From Felis catus (lineage: Eukaryota), in assembly GCF_018350175.1 (NCBI RefSeq), contig NC_058381.1, positions 26,226,001-26,290,000 on the forward strand: 64,000 nucleotides of DNA, in the 5' to 3' direction. The position numbers and the translations under genes are program-made. Below are positions 63,747 through 64,000 of this stretch, in pieces. Below the pieces are notes generated by a model. That model had not been told where the DNA came from. It did no database searches and saw only the letters and a program-made list of their open reading frames with translations. Each line of letters starts with the position of its first letter. Positions within the stretch are counted from its first letter, which is position 1.

Positions 63747-63988
63747 GGGCCGCCTGGATGGCTCAGTCCCTTGAGCGACTGACTTTGGCTCAGGTCATGA
63801 TCTCGCAGTTCGTGAGTTCGTGAGTTCATGAGTTCATGAGTTTGTGAATTCAAGACCCATGTCAGGCTAGCTGCTGTCAGCCAGTGAGTGCAGAACCCAC
63901 TTCAGATCCTCTGTCCCCCTCTCTCTCTGCCCCTCCCCTGCTTGCTTTCTCTCTCTCTCTCAAAAAAATAAATAAAACATTAAAAAAA
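63747..63988 (+). mobile_element. Older Can-SINE with internal 8-mer expansion
   Basis: gggccgcctggatggctcag head; gttc(g/a)tga tandem copies at about 63808-63851. Confidence 0.88.
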
Positions 63989-64000
63989 TTATTGAAGACC

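Noticed and set aside
24468-64000. Exons of neighbouring genes (BRIP1, or a NACA retrogene as in primates)
   Set aside because: No matching peptides seen in any frame; region reads as gene desert

Overview
Mammalian genomic DNA, almost certainly a cat (Felidae), judged from young SINEC_Fc-type carnivore SINEs and an L1_Fc-type 3' end. The only protein-coding gene is TBX4 (T-box transcription factor of hindlimb and lung mesenchyme) on the + strand. Six coding exons lie between 7496 and 24467 with canonical AG/GT boundaries and consistent phases. The first two coding exons are not visible and most likely lie upstream of base 1. The rest is intron 3, other introns, the 3' UTR and about 38 kb of gene desert. 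That desert holds many carnivore SINEs, L1/L2/MIR relics, DNA-transposon fossils, two CpG-rich islands and several repeat-free islands dense in developmental transcription-factor motifs. Eleven short N-runs hide about 2.2 kb. I found no convincing new protein-coding system. The most promising leads are regulatory: two separate islands sharing an OCT+PBX+MEIS grammar, an orphan CpG island, PITX/T-box/HOX13 motif clusters and a candidate frame-preserving 33-nt micro-exon. There are also several unusual nested or same-site transposon insertions. Repeat family names come from my recall of consensus sequences, not from a database search, and repeat boundaries are approximate. Exon numbers follow my recollection of the human gene model.
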